Part shown: piece after piece, positions 28,923-38,229 of the stretch
How the letters are laid out: the number at the start of each line of letters is the position of its first letter
Position numbering within the stretch: the first letter of the stretch is position 1
From: Deltaproteobacteria bacterium
GTDB taxonomy: Bacteria > Myxococcota_A > Polyangia > Fen-1088
DNA: 64,000 nucleotides
Assembly (NCBI GenBank): GCA_033763315.1
Contig: JANRKS010000040.1
Span: 192,001 to 256,000, forward strand
Direction of reading: 5' to 3'
Translations under genes and position numbers: made by a program
The notes under the pieces: generated by a model
What the model was told of the DNA's origin: nothing
The model's database searches: none
Seen by the model: only the letters and a program-made list of their open reading frames with translations

Positions 28923-29532
28923 CATTCTTCTGGTCGAGGACAATGAATTGGCACGCGCTGGCACCGCCGCGCTTATCGGCACGCAGAACGACATGCGTAT
29001 CGTGGGCGAAGCCACCGACGGCACCTCCGGGTTGGAGATGTTTCGTTCACTGCGTCCACACATAGCCATGGTGGACCTGCGGATGCCATCGTTTGATGGC
29101 GTGCAGTTGACAGCAGCGTTGATGCGAGAGGCGCCACCGGCGCGCGTGTTGGTGTTGACTCACTATGAAGGCGACGCTGATGTGTTCAACGCCATCAAAG
29201 CGGGCGCCCTCGGCTACCTGACCAAAGATGTGGGCCGCACCGAGCTGTTCACGGCGATCCGCACGGTCGCGGAAGGCAAGCGATATTTGCCCGCGGCGAT
29301 CGCCGGAAAACTGGCGGACCGCATGACCCAGCCCGCGTTGTCGCCGCGTGAGCTGCAGGTGCTCGAACACATATTTGCAGGCCGCGCGAACAAAGAAATC
29401 GCCGACACCCTCAAGCTGTCAGAAAAGACCGTGATTATGTACGTGAGCCAAATTCTCTCGAAGATGGGCGCCAAATCGCGGACCGAAGCGGTGTCGCTGG
29501 CGCTCAGCCGCGGCATCTTGCGCGCCTCTTAA
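28915..29532 (+). CDS. NarL/FixJ family response regulator (REC + LuxR HTH)
   Basis: LLVEDN, DLRMP, GYLTK, LSPRELQVL, NKEIA. Confidence 0.95.
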   Translation: MIDILLVEDNELARAGTAALIGTQNDMRIVGEATDGTSGLEMFRSLRPHIAMVDLRMPSFDGVQLTAALMREAPPARVLVLTHYEGDADVFNAIKAGALGYLTKDVGRTELFTAIRTVAEGKRYLPAAIAGKLADRMTQPALSPRELQVLEHIFAGRANKEIADTLKLSEKTVIMYVSQILSKMGAKSRTEAVSLALSRGILRAS

Positions 29533-29639
29533 CGCCTCACGACCAGAAGATCTTCCGGGGTCAGCAGCAGGGCTTTGACCCTGCAGAGGTGCGAGCTTTC
29601 GACACTAACCAAGAGGTGGCAGGTTGTTACCTTTTGTAG

Positions 29640-30632
29640 ATGCATCTGGCCCACGGAAGTTCATCGTGGTTGGCGCTGTTCATCTCGCTCGCGGCATGCC
29701 AAGGCGGAGGCGGCGAGGCCGATAATGCCGAACAATCTGGCGGTGCCGGGGGCCAAGTTGAGAACGTGGGTGGTGAAGCCGGAGGCGCGCCGCCCCAGAG
29801 CGAAGGTGGCGCAGGCGGCGAAGCACGATTGGACGCGATGCCCGCGGCAAAGCAAGATGCATCCGCTCCCGCTCCCGATGGGAGCACAAAAGCGGATGCC
29901 ATGGTGGTGGGCGCGGGTGGCGCAAACGGCAGTTGCAAAGCGCGGATCTGTGATGATTTTGAAGCTCACACCGTGGACCAAGTGCCTTCGGCGCCATGGA
30001 AGCCGTTTCGCCTCGGCGGCACAGTTGTGGTGGACAACCAACGCGCGTGGAGTGGCAAGAACAGCATTCATGCCTTCACCTCTGGAGGCGCGACTCAACA
30101 GCGCGCCTACCTAAGCCTGCAGGGCGCGCCCGTGTTCGACAAGCCGTGGCCGATCATGTTCGGCCGCATGATGTTGTGGGTGGATCATGCGGTCGACGCG
30201 CATTGGAGCCACGTCGAAGGTGAAGGCCGCGTGGTGGGCAAGGACTTCCGTGCCGTCACACGGTACGGTGGGCAGTTCAAACGCCTCATCGCTCAATACG
30301 ACGACGTTGACGGAAACTTTGAGAGCGATTGCGCCAAACGCGCGCCGGCCGTGGCAATGCCCGAAAAGAAGTGGGTTTGCTACGAGTGGCAATTTGATTC
30401 CACGAAGAACGCCATGCGTTTGTGGATAGATGGGCAAGCCATCGACGCCGTTTCGGTCAATGGCCGCGGCGAAACCTGTTTGGGCAATGGCACCGGCGGC
30501 AATTGGTACTTGCCCCAATACGAGGCCATTCGCATGGGTTGGCAGAACTACCAGCAAGTGTCTGGCGCCGACGTTTGGATCGACGACGTCGCCATCGGAA
30601 CAGAACGCATCGGGTGCCCCGCTTCTCGTTGA
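29640..30632 (+). CDS. Lipoprotein with Gly-rich linker and Cip1-like/beta-sandwich carbohydrate domain
   Basis: Lipobox LAAC; CDDFE, KWVCYEWQFD, VWIDDVAIGTERIGC. Confidence 0.65.
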   Translation: MHLAHGSSSWLALFISLAACQGGGGEADNAEQSGGAGGQVENVGGEAGGAPPQSEGGAGGEARLDAMPAAKQDASAPAPDGSTKADAMVVGAGGANGSCKARICDDFEAHTVDQVPSAPWKPFRLGGTVVVDNQRAWSGKNSIHAFTSGGATQQRAYLSLQGAPVFDKPWPIMFGRMMLWVDHAVDAHWSHVEGEGRVVGKDFRAVTRYGGQFKRLIAQYDDVDGNFESDCAKRAPAVAMPEKKWVCYEWQFDSTKNAMRLWIDGQAIDAVSVNGRGETCLGNGTGGNWYLPQYEAIRMGWQNYQQVSGADVWIDDVAIGTERIGCPASR

Positions 30633-30644
30633 AGGACGTTTATC

Positions 30645-32357
30645 ATGCTCACAAATAAGTCGAACGTGTTGTTCTGTTCTGCCGTCAAGCGCGCGGGCCT
30701 GCTGGTGCTGCCATGTTTGGTCGCGTGTTCGGGCGCCGCGTCTCCCGCGGGCGACGGCAGCGGCGGGCAAGGTGGAGACGGCGGCGGCGATCCCACCACA
30801 ACGCCGGAGCCTTCGCTGGGCACATTCAAGCCGGGGCCGGGTGGCTTGCGACGTCTGACGGTGGAGCAGTACAAAAACGCGCTCAATGATCTGCTGGGCG
30901 TGGATCCCACCTCGCCCATCGAAGCAGACGAGGTCATCAACGGATTCGCTTCGATCGCTGCCACGCGGCTGACGCTGTCGGCGCCTTCAGTGGAAGCGTT
31001 TGAGACGGCGGCGTTGGGCACGGCGAGCAAAGCGCTGGGTGACTCAACAAAGCGATCACGCTTTATCACCTGCACACCCAAAGGCAGCACGGATGATGCT
31101 TGCGCGTTGGCGGCTGTGAAGGCGTTTGGTCGACGCGCGTGGCGGCGGCCACTGACCGATGACGAAGCCGAACGGTATGCAGATGTCGCCCGCACGGCGT
31201 CGTCCATGCTGGGCGACTTCTACAAAGGCCTCTCCTATGCGGTGGCCGGCCTGCTGCAATCACCATATTTTCTCTACCGCAACGAGCTTGGCAACATTGA
31301 TCTGGGCGCAAGCGACGGGCGCAAACGGCTTGACGGCTATGAACTGGCGACGAGGCTGTCGTTCTTCTTTTGGAACACAACGCCTGACGATGAGCTATTG
31401 GATGAGGCGGAGGCCGGTGGCCTTGACGACGCCGCGGGTGTGAAGAGACAGATTGGTCGGTTGCTGGCCTCTGACCGCGCCACACGCGCACCGCGCGCCT
31501 TTTTCAATGAGCTTCTGGGTCTCAACGGTCTGGACAAGCTTCCTCACGTCAAAGCGCTGTATCCCAAGGTGACAGATACATTGGGCGCCTCAATGCGCGA
31601 GGAAACGCTGCGCACGCTGGAAGACGCCTTCGTTTCGGGTCAATCCTGGAACGATACGTTCACTCGCCACGACACATTTCTTAACGAAGAGCTCGCGAAC
31701 CTTTACGGCATCAAAGGTGTAAGCGGTTCGGCATTCAAGGCTGCAAAGCTGCCGTCAGACGGCCCACGCATGGGATTGCTCGGCCAAGGCAGCTTCTTGG
31801 CATCGCATGCCCACCCCACGTCCACCTCACCGACTTTGCGCGGCAAGGCCATTCGGCAAACTTTCTTGTGCAATGACATTCCGGCGCCGCCCGCCAACGT
31901 GAAGGCTGAGATCCCGGAAAACGATCCGAACGCCGACCAGAAAACGCTGCGTGAGCGTTTGAGCGCGCATCGTGAGAACGACGCCTGCCGGTCTTGCCAC
32001 GCCATCATGGATCCCATTGGCCTCGCGTTGGAGAACTTTGATGCTCTGGGCGAATACCGCACGATGGATTCCGGCAAGCCCATCGATGCCACGGGTGATC
32101 TGGACGATACCAAGTTTAATGGTGCGGCAGAACTATCGAAGGTCTTGGCGGCGCGCGAAGACGTGAACCAGTGCTTGGTCAACAACCTGTTCCGCTACGC
32201 CCTGGGACACGTCGAGACGGATGACGAAGCGGCAGCGCTTGCGCATCTGGCGCAGCTTTGGAACGACAAGCAGCACGACGTCAAAGCGCTGTTCTCATTG
32301 TTGGCCGCACACGATTCATTCACGTTCGTCACCTCGCCCGAACAAGGAAGCAACTGA
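30645..32357 (+). CDS. DUF1592/1588/1595/1587/1585 (PSD/PSCyt3) lipoprotein with a heme c motif
   Basis: Lipobox LVAC; LRRLT..QY, LQSPYFLYR, ELATRLSFFFWNTTPD, TSPTLRG, CRSCH..MDPIG..LENFD. Confidence 0.9.
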   Translation: MLTNKSNVLFCSAVKRAGLLVLPCLVACSGAASPAGDGSGGQGGDGGGDPTTTPEPSLGTFKPGPGGLRRLTVEQYKNALNDLLGVDPTSPIEADEVINGFASIAATRLTLSAPSVEAFETAALGTASKALGDSTKRSRFITCTPKGSTDDACALAAVKAFGRRAWRRPLTDDEAERYADVARTASSMLGDFYKGLSYAVAGLLQSPYFLYRNELGNIDLGASDGRKRLDGYELATRLSFFFWNTTPDDELLDEAEAGGLDDAAGVKRQIGRLLASDRATRAPRAFFNELLGLNGLDKLPHVKALYPKVTDTLGASMREETLRTLEDAFVSGQSWNDTFTRHDTFLNEELANLYGIKGVSGSAFKAAKLPSDGPRMGLLGQGSFLASHAHPTSTSPTLRGKAIRQTFLCNDIPAPPANVKAEIPENDPNADQKTLRERLSAHRENDACRSCHAIMDPIGLALENFDALGEYRTMDSGKPIDATGDLDDTKFNGAAELSKVLAAREDVNQCLVNNLFRYALGHVETDDEAAALAHLAQLWNDKQHDVKALFSLLAAHDSFTFVTSPEQGSN

Positions 32358-33727
32358 TGAAAACGATTCAGCCCGTGCGCCTATCTCGACGCTCTGTTTT
32401 GCGCGGCAGTGTGAGTGGCGCCAGCATCATACTCGGGTTGCCCGTGTTGGACGCCATGCTCAATTCACACGGCACGGCCTTGGCGGCAGGCCAAGCTTTC
32501 CCCGTGCGCATGGGCGTGTGGTTCTGGGGCAACGGTGTGCGTCTTTCTAAATGGAATCCCACAGCCACGGGGACCAACTGGCAGCTTTCCGAAACGCTGG
32601 CGCCCTTCGCCAACGTCAAAGCCAAGATGACGGTGGTATCGGGCATGAATGTAAAGACGCCCGACCTGCGCGCGCATCACTCGGGGCAAGCGGCGATTTT
32701 GACCGGCGCACCACCCTTGGCGCAGGCGCCAAAGAACGGCGCGCCGTTCGCATCCACGTTCCGCACGGCATCGATTGATCAAATGGCCGCCGCGGTGATC
32801 GGCACACAATCAAAGTTCCGTTCGCTTCAAGTGGGCGTTTCAAACAACGCCAACCGTGGTGAAGGCACCAACCTGCAGCACATTTCGCACAACGGGCCCG
32901 ACAACGCCAACCCTTCTGAATACGACGCGCCCAAGGTCTTCAATCGCCTGTTTTCGGGCCCCCTGCCAACTTCCACGCCCAGCACGCCCGCGCCTGCCGA
33001 TATGACGCTGGCGTTGCGCAAATCCGTACTTGATGCCGTCTTGGCGGATATGAACGCGCTGAAAGCAAAGGTGGGCAGCAACGACCGAAAGCGGTTGGAA
33101 CAACACGCAGAGAACGTGCGGGCGATTGAGCTGCGCCTCGCGGCGCCCAACGGCGGCGGAAGCGTCAGCCTGTCTGCATGCAAAAAGCCTGCAACACCGG
33201 GTGCCCCCAACAGCGTCTCCAGTCGCAACCAGATGATGGCGGATCTCATGGTGATGGCGCTCGCGTGCGATCTAACGCGGGTGTTTACGTATCAATTCAG
33301 CTCAGGCGTTGATTCGACGATTTACAGCGAAGCGGGCGTCAATGGGACGCATCATCAACTGACGCACGACGAAGGCGGCGATCAACCGAATGTGCAGAAG
33401 ATCTGCGTGTTCATGATGAAGCAGTTCGCCTATTTCGCGGAACGGCTGGCGGGCGTGCAAGAGGGCGATAAGACCCTGCTCGACAACTGCAGCATCTTGG
33501 GCACAACGGATTGCGCCGAAGGCCAGCCCCATTCACTGACGGACTACCCGATGATACTGATGGGCGGCGCGGGCGGACGGCTGAAAACCGGATTGCACTA
33601 CCGCTCGAACGGCGAGAACGCCACGATGGTGTTGATGTCGGTGCTCAAGTCTGTGGGTGCCCCTTTGGCAGAACTTGGCGCCGGCAACGGCAAAGCCACC
33701 ACGGGCTTGGCGGCGATCGAAGCCTAA
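32357..33727 (+). CDS. DUF1552 (HxxxH) family Tat-exported protein
   Basis: SRRSVLRG Tat motif, LPVLDAM, SIDQ, ALACDLTRV, HHQLTH, EGDKTLLDN; ATG 32357 overlaps the upstream TGA. Confidence 0.9.
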   Translation: MKTIQPVRLSRRSVLRGSVSGASIILGLPVLDAMLNSHGTALAAGQAFPVRMGVWFWGNGVRLSKWNPTATGTNWQLSETLAPFANVKAKMTVVSGMNVKTPDLRAHHSGQAAILTGAPPLAQAPKNGAPFASTFRTASIDQMAAAVIGTQSKFRSLQVGVSNNANRGEGTNLQHISHNGPDNANPSEYDAPKVFNRLFSGPLPTSTPSTPAPADMTLALRKSVLDAVLADMNALKAKVGSNDRKRLEQHAENVRAIELRLAAPNGGGSVSLSACKKPATPGAPNSVSSRNQMMADLMVMALACDLTRVFTYQFSSGVDSTIYSEAGVNGTHHQLTHDEGGDQPNVQKICVFMMKQFAYFAERLAGVQEGDKTLLDNCSILGTTDCAEGQPHSLTDYPMILMGGAGGRLKTGLHYRSNGENATMVLMSVLKSVGAPLAELGAGNGKATTGLAAIEA

Positions 33728-36114
33728 GAAGCCGAGCGAATCGTGGCGCCGCTTTCAGCTGTGGCGGGTGGAGGCGGCAGCGGCACAAAGTCAGTGTGCG
33801 GATCAAAACCCGGGCCGGCACAGAACACGCGCAGTAGGCCTTCCTGATCCGCATCTTGCGGCGGATGCTGCCAGCGCGCGCAAAAGCGCAACCAACCGGG
33901 CGTCGCTGGTCGACGTGGGTGCACCACAACCCACCTTTCTGGCAAGTGGCCCAAGCTTTCAACGTAGGATTCTGACGCCAGCGCGGCGATGTAGCCGCGC
34001 CTGAGCAGACGAACGCAAAAGTCTTCCACCTCGCCGCCTCCGTCCGCATAGTTTGGATCAAAGCCACCCACGTCATTGATGAGCCCACGCCGCACGAGAA
34101 AGCAGAAGCCGCCAAAGCGCGGCATCGCTCCAAACGCCGCGAAATGGTTTGCGCGGCGGTGATCGGCAAAGGTGGCGATCGTGTCGGGGGTGTCGAAGTA
34201 CTTTGGCCGCGCGCCTCGTTGCGGGCGAGGCCCCACATTTGACACCGGGCACACGACGCCAATGTTTGGGTTCACCCGCATCAACGCAAGCATCGGCAAA
34301 AGCCAGCCCTTGGTCACAACCACGTCGCCGTTCATCACAATGATGTTTTGTGCTGTGGCCATGGCCAAGCCTTCGTTGACGCTCACAGGAAAGCTGCGTG
34401 GCCTTTCATGTCGCACGAACGTGGCGCGTGCCGCTGTGGTGGCCAACACCTTGTCAAAGCATGCACGTAAGGATTCGGCAGAGCCATCGTCGATGACGAT
34501 AAGCTCAAGGCGGGCCTGCGTGTGCTGCAGCAGTGCCTGCAGCGCCTGCGTGAAGGCCACTTCGCCATCGCGCGCGACCATGATCACAGAGACGTCTTCG
34601 GCGCGGGGGTCATCGCATGCGGCGCTGAGGTTCATGAGATACTGCTTGCGTGGTTGCATGCCGCTGTCGGGAAACACCTGCAGAAACGGATAAACCGTGA
34701 CGTCCCGTGCGGCAGACATGGCAAGGCCACGCTCGCCCAAGAGCCGCGACCAAACCTGCGGATGGCCACCAGGCACACCGTCTGGACGCAGGTCAAGCAG
34801 GGTTTCCAGCAGCTCGCGTTGCGCCAGCACGACGCCGCTTGTGAGAAATGGGGTGGCTTCCAATGTGCCTGGTGGCAACGCTGCCGGCAACGACATGCCG
34901 CCCAGGTGTTTAGGAATCGGGGTGAGCAAATCAGGTGTGAAACGGCAGCCACCATCGGCCTGCGATGCACACACAGCGCCCGCCCGCGGGTTCGCCAAGG
35001 CGTGCGCCACCAACCGATCCAGCCAGCCATCGAGCACGCGCCACGCGCACACCACCACGGCGGCGTAAGGTCGCGTCACTTGCGCAAGACCCGCTTGCCA
35101 AGCCGCGGCCAACCCACGATACGTGGGAAGCCGAATCAAGCGGCACCGGTCCGCATGCGCTTGCGCGAACGTCTCAAGGTACTTGGTTAAGGCACCCACG
35201 CCGCCATCGTCAACCACAATGAGTTGATCCTCGACGCTCAATGTGGCGAATACATTCTCAAGGCAAGGTGGCGCTTCGGTCAGCTGATCGTGAACCGCCA
35301 CAACCACGCTAACGCCCGGGCGCCCCGTGCTCACAGGTATGGGTAGGGCGAGCGTGCGAAAGTCGCTTTCAAAACGATGAAAGCGCCCGATCCATTTGCT
35401 GTTCAAAAGCTCTTCGTTGCGTCCCGAATCGGTGAACCGCCCTTCGCTAAGAGACTCATAGTGTGTGACCACGGCGTGCGGCGTGTAGACCACGCGGTAT
35501 CCCGCCTCGCGCACACGCAAGCACAGGTCCACATCTTCATAGCCCATGCGGAAATCTTCATCGAAACCACCCAGACGTTCGAACAGCTCGCGTGGCATCA
35601 AACTGCATGCGGCCGTAACCGCGTTCAGGTCGAGCATCTTTGTACTGACGTCTGCCGGCTGGCCGTAGTGCATGTGAAAGGGCGAAATCGGCCGTGGCGC
35701 ACAGTAAGAAAACGCGACGCCGGCGTGTTGAATCGTGCCGTTGGGAAACAGCAGCTTGCACCCAACCACGCCCACATTGTCTAAGCCCTCAATGGCGGCC
35801 AACATCTCGTCCAGCCAACGTGCTTGCACTTCGGTGTCGTTGTTCAAGAACAGCAGATACTTGCCTGTGGCCACCCTTGCGGCTCTGTTGTTGTTCCAAG
35901 CAAACCCCCGGTTGGTTTCATTGCGCAAAACGCGAATGCCCTCAAGCAAGGGAAGCCCCGCCTTGGTTTCGTCCGTCGAGGCGTCGTCAACGACGATGAC
36001 TTCGTGAGGGATGTGCGCCGTGTGGCGCATGATCGAAAACAGGCAGCGCAGCGTGTACTCCCACAGGTTGAACACCGGGATGATGATTGAAACCAAAGGC
36101 GCCTGCGCGGACAT
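33724..36114 (-). CDS. Multidomain GT2 glycosyltransferase (three GT-A repeats)
   Basis: VSIIIP..VVDDAS..LNND..EDVDLC; second VSVVV..VVDDG; third VSVIM..IDDGS..MNGD..EDFC. Confidence 0.88.
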   Translation of the reverse strand: MSAQAPLVSIIIPVFNLWEYTLRCLFSIMRHTAHIPHEVIVVDDASTDETKAGLPLLEGIRVLRNETNRGFAWNNNRAARVATGKYLLFLNNDTEVQARWLDEMLAAIEGLDNVGVVGCKLLFPNGTIQHAGVAFSYCAPRPISPFHMHYGQPADVSTKMLDLNAVTAACSLMPRELFERLGGFDEDFRMGYEDVDLCLRVREAGYRVVYTPHAVVTHYESLSEGRFTDSGRNEELLNSKWIGRFHRFESDFRTLALPIPVSTGRPGVSVVVAVHDQLTEAPPCLENVFATLSVEDQLIVVDDGGVGALTKYLETFAQAHADRCRLIRLPTYRGLAAAWQAGLAQVTRPYAAVVVCAWRVLDGWLDRLVAHALANPRAGAVCASQADGGCRFTPDLLTPIPKHLGGMSLPAALPPGTLEATPFLTSGVVLAQRELLETLLDLRPDGVPGGHPQVWSRLLGERGLAMSAARDVTVYPFLQVFPDSGMQPRKQYLMNLSAACDDPRAEDVSVIMVARDGEVAFTQALQALLQHTQARLELIVIDDGSAESLRACFDKVLATTAARATFVRHERPRSFPVSVNEGLAMATAQNIIVMNGDVVVTKGWLLPMLALMRVNPNIGVVCPVSNVGPRPQRGARPKYFDTPDTIATFADHRRANHFAAFGAMPRFGGFCFLVRRGLINDVGGFDPNYADGGGEVEDFCVRLLRRGYIAALASESYVESLGHLPERWVVVHPRRPATPGWLRFCARWQHPPQDADQEGLLRVFCAGPGFDPHTDFVPLPPPPATAESGATIRSAS

Positions 36115-36128
36115 GGCCGGTAGCCAAC

Positions 36129-36144
36129 AGCAAGGCGGGTGCCA
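36129..36144 (-). promoter_or_regulatory. sigma54 -24/-12 promoter for the triple-GT2 gene
   Basis: Minus strand reads TGGCACCCGCCTTGCT (GG-N10-GC), just upstream of ATG 36114. Confidence 0.8.
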
Positions 36145-36239
36145 ACCCCCGGGGTCTGGCTCCGGCGGCGCAAGGTAAGCAAATGCCGTCGTTTACGGTG
36201 CTTGAGGGCACCGAGGTGGTTCGGCGGCCTGGGTGGACG

Positions 36240-36272
36240 CGTCACTTCTTTGACGAAGCCATATTTATGACG
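36240..36272. promoter_or_regulatory. Tandem putative enhancer-binding-protein sites (CGTCA-N6-TGACG)
   Basis: CGTCActtcttTGACG at 36240-36255 and aGcCAtatttaTGACG at 36257-36272, between divergent sigma54 promoters. Confidence 0.65.
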
Positions 36273-36327
36273 ACCGAATGCCCCAGGCAAGAGCCCGTAA
36301 TTCGTGAGCTTTACAGACCAGGAGCGG

Positions 36328-36343
36328 TGGCATGTCGATTGCT
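36328..36343 (+). promoter_or_regulatory. sigma54 -24/-12 promoter for the deoxysugar operon
   Basis: TGGCATGTCGATTGCT (GG-N10-GC), 26 nt before ATG 36370. Confidence 0.8.
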
Positions 36344-36369
36344 GTAACGAGGTAGCCGCACCCGCGCTT

Positions 36370-36789
36370 ATGAAGCCATCCATCGACAACGTTCGCCTGA
36401 TTGAGCTGCCGTCCCACGCGGATGGCCGCGGCGTCCTTACGTCGATTGAGCAGATGGAGAGCATCCCGATTGAGATCAAGCGCGTGTTCTACATGCACAA
36501 CATCGTTTCGGACCGCGGTGGCCACGCCCACATCGACACAGATCAGGTGATCATCCCACTGCACGGCAGCTTCTGCGTCAACACGTTCGATGGGGAGCGC
36601 GAGCGGGAACATTTCATGGATGACGCCACCCGCGGTCTTTACACGCCCCGCCTGACATTTTTGACCCTGCATCGGTTCTCGCCCGGCGCTGTGTGTTTGG
36701 TGTTGGCCAACACAAGATACGACATGCGCCGCTCGTTGCGGAAGCGGCAAGACTACCTCGATCATTTGGCTCACGCAGGGATGATTTAG
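36370..36789 (+). CDS. FdtA/QdtA/WxcM-like cupin, dTDP-4-keto-6-deoxyhexose 3,4-ketoisomerase
   Basis: D.RG.LT.IE, IP.EIKRVFY, RGGHAH, CLVLA...YD; start moved to 36370 because the promoter lies inside the longer ORF. Confidence 0.85.
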   Translation: MKPSIDNVRLIELPSHADGRGVLTSIEQMESIPIEIKRVFYMHNIVSDRGGHAHIDTDQVIIPLHGSFCVNTFDGEREREHFMDDATRGLYTPRLTFLTLHRFSPGAVCLVLANTRYDMRRSLRKRQDYLDHLAHAGMI

Positions 36790-36791
36790 TC

Positions 36792-38222
36792 ATGTCGTAC
36801 GGCGTGGTTCGCGGCGGCTTTTTCCATTCGTCCTTGGCGCACGGCAATCGTTTCCAACCGTTCGACGAATTCCTCGCTTGGTTCCACAGCAAGCTGACAG
36901 TCGGACACTTCTCGGTCGTGCGGGCTCCCCTTGACCAACTGGACATGTGGCAATTCGAAGGCGACCGCGACGTGCTTCGGCATACGTCTGGGAGGTTCTT
37001 CCGCATCGAAGGTTTGCGCGTGCGCACGACGTTCGGCAGCACCCCCACCTGGGATCAGCCCATCATCAATCAGCCCGAGATCGGCATACTGGGGATACTG
37101 ACGAAGGTGTTCGACGGCGTTCGCTATTTTCTTATGCAAGCCAAGATGGAGCCGGGCAATGTGAACGTGCTTCAGCTGTCGCCTACCGTGCAGGCCACCA
37201 AAAGCAACTTCTCTCGCGTGCATAAGGGAAAGCTGCCCGCCTACCTTGAATACTTCGTTGAACGCGGCAAAGCCAAAGTGCTGATCGACCAGCTTCAAAC
37301 CGAGCAAGGTGGGCGATTTCTGCGCAAACGCAACCGAAACATCGTCATCGAAGTGAATGATGAGGTTCCGGTGCACGACGACTTCAAGTGGCTCACCTTG
37401 GCCGAGCTTCGCAAACTTCTGTTGATCGACAACTTCGTCAACATGGACGCGCGCAGTGTTTTATCTACGATACCCATGCTGGACGACGAACAACTTGTTC
37501 GGTTGCGCCACACGGGCATCGAAGGTGTGGTGGCAAACGGCGGGCTTTCGCCCTTGGGCCACAGCATCGTGCAATCGTTGTGCGACGAAACAGATGGCTA
37601 CCGCACCCGCGATGAAGTGATTTCATGGTTCACGGAGCAGCTGGTCCGCTATGAACTGGACGTGCAAAAGGTGCCGCTATCGCAGCTTGACGGCTGGACG
37701 ATCAGCGATTGGGAGATCACGCGCGGGCCACGGTTCTTCAGCGTCATCGGCGTCCGCGTGGAGGCGGGTTCGCGCGAAGTGGCGCGCTGGTCGCAACCAC
37801 TGATTGCTGATGCCCACATTGGCCTCTTGGGCTTCGTCGCCAAGAAGATCAACGGCATACTTCACCTGCTGGTGCAAGCCAAGGTGGAGCCGGGCCACAT
37901 CGACGTGGTGGAGCTGAGCCCCACAGTGTCGTGCTCGAACTATGCAGCGGTGGCTGAGCAGGAGCGACGGCCCGCGTTCTTTGATTACTTCATCGGCGCA
38001 CGGGCCGGCAAGATTCATTTGGACGTTCTGCAATCCGAAGAAGGTGGGCGGTTCTTGGCGCTGCAGAACCGCAACATGCTTGTTGAGGTGGGCGAACACG
38101 AGGCGGTGGATGTTCCGGACAACTTTCTGTGGATGACGCTGTCGCAGATCACCGAGCTCATGCGGCACAGTATGTTTAACATCGAAGCCCGGAGCCTCAT
38201 CTCGGGCCTGGGGTTCGGTTAG
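36792..38222 (+). CDS. NDP-hexose 2,3-dehydratase (EvaA/OleV/TylX3 family)
   Basis: Internal duplication QAK.EPG..LSPTV and Q.E.GGRF....NRN (twice); HTSGRFFRIEG, WDQPIINQPEIGILG, NMDARSVLS. Confidence 0.93.
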   Translation: MSYGVVRGGFFHSSLAHGNRFQPFDEFLAWFHSKLTVGHFSVVRAPLDQLDMWQFEGDRDVLRHTSGRFFRIEGLRVRTTFGSTPTWDQPIINQPEIGILGILTKVFDGVRYFLMQAKMEPGNVNVLQLSPTVQATKSNFSRVHKGKLPAYLEYFVERGKAKVLIDQLQTEQGGRFLRKRNRNIVIEVNDEVPVHDDFKWLTLAELRKLLLIDNFVNMDARSVLSTIPMLDDEQLVRLRHTGIEGVVANGGLSPLGHSIVQSLCDETDGYRTRDEVISWFTEQLVRYELDVQKVPLSQLDGWTISDWEITRGPRFFSVIGVRVEAGSREVARWSQPLIADAHIGLLGFVAKKINGILHLLVQAKVEPGHIDVVELSPTVSCSNYAAVAEQERRPAFFDYFIGARAGKIHLDVLQSEEGGRFLALQNRNMLVEVGEHEAVDVPDNFLWMTLSQITELMRHSMFNIEARSLISGLGFG

Positions 38223-38229
38223 GTCAGCC

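Noticed and set aside
36087-36347. 86-aa ORF spanning the divergent intergenic region
   Set aside because: No recognisable motif, and it overlaps both sigma54 promoters and the enhancer boxes
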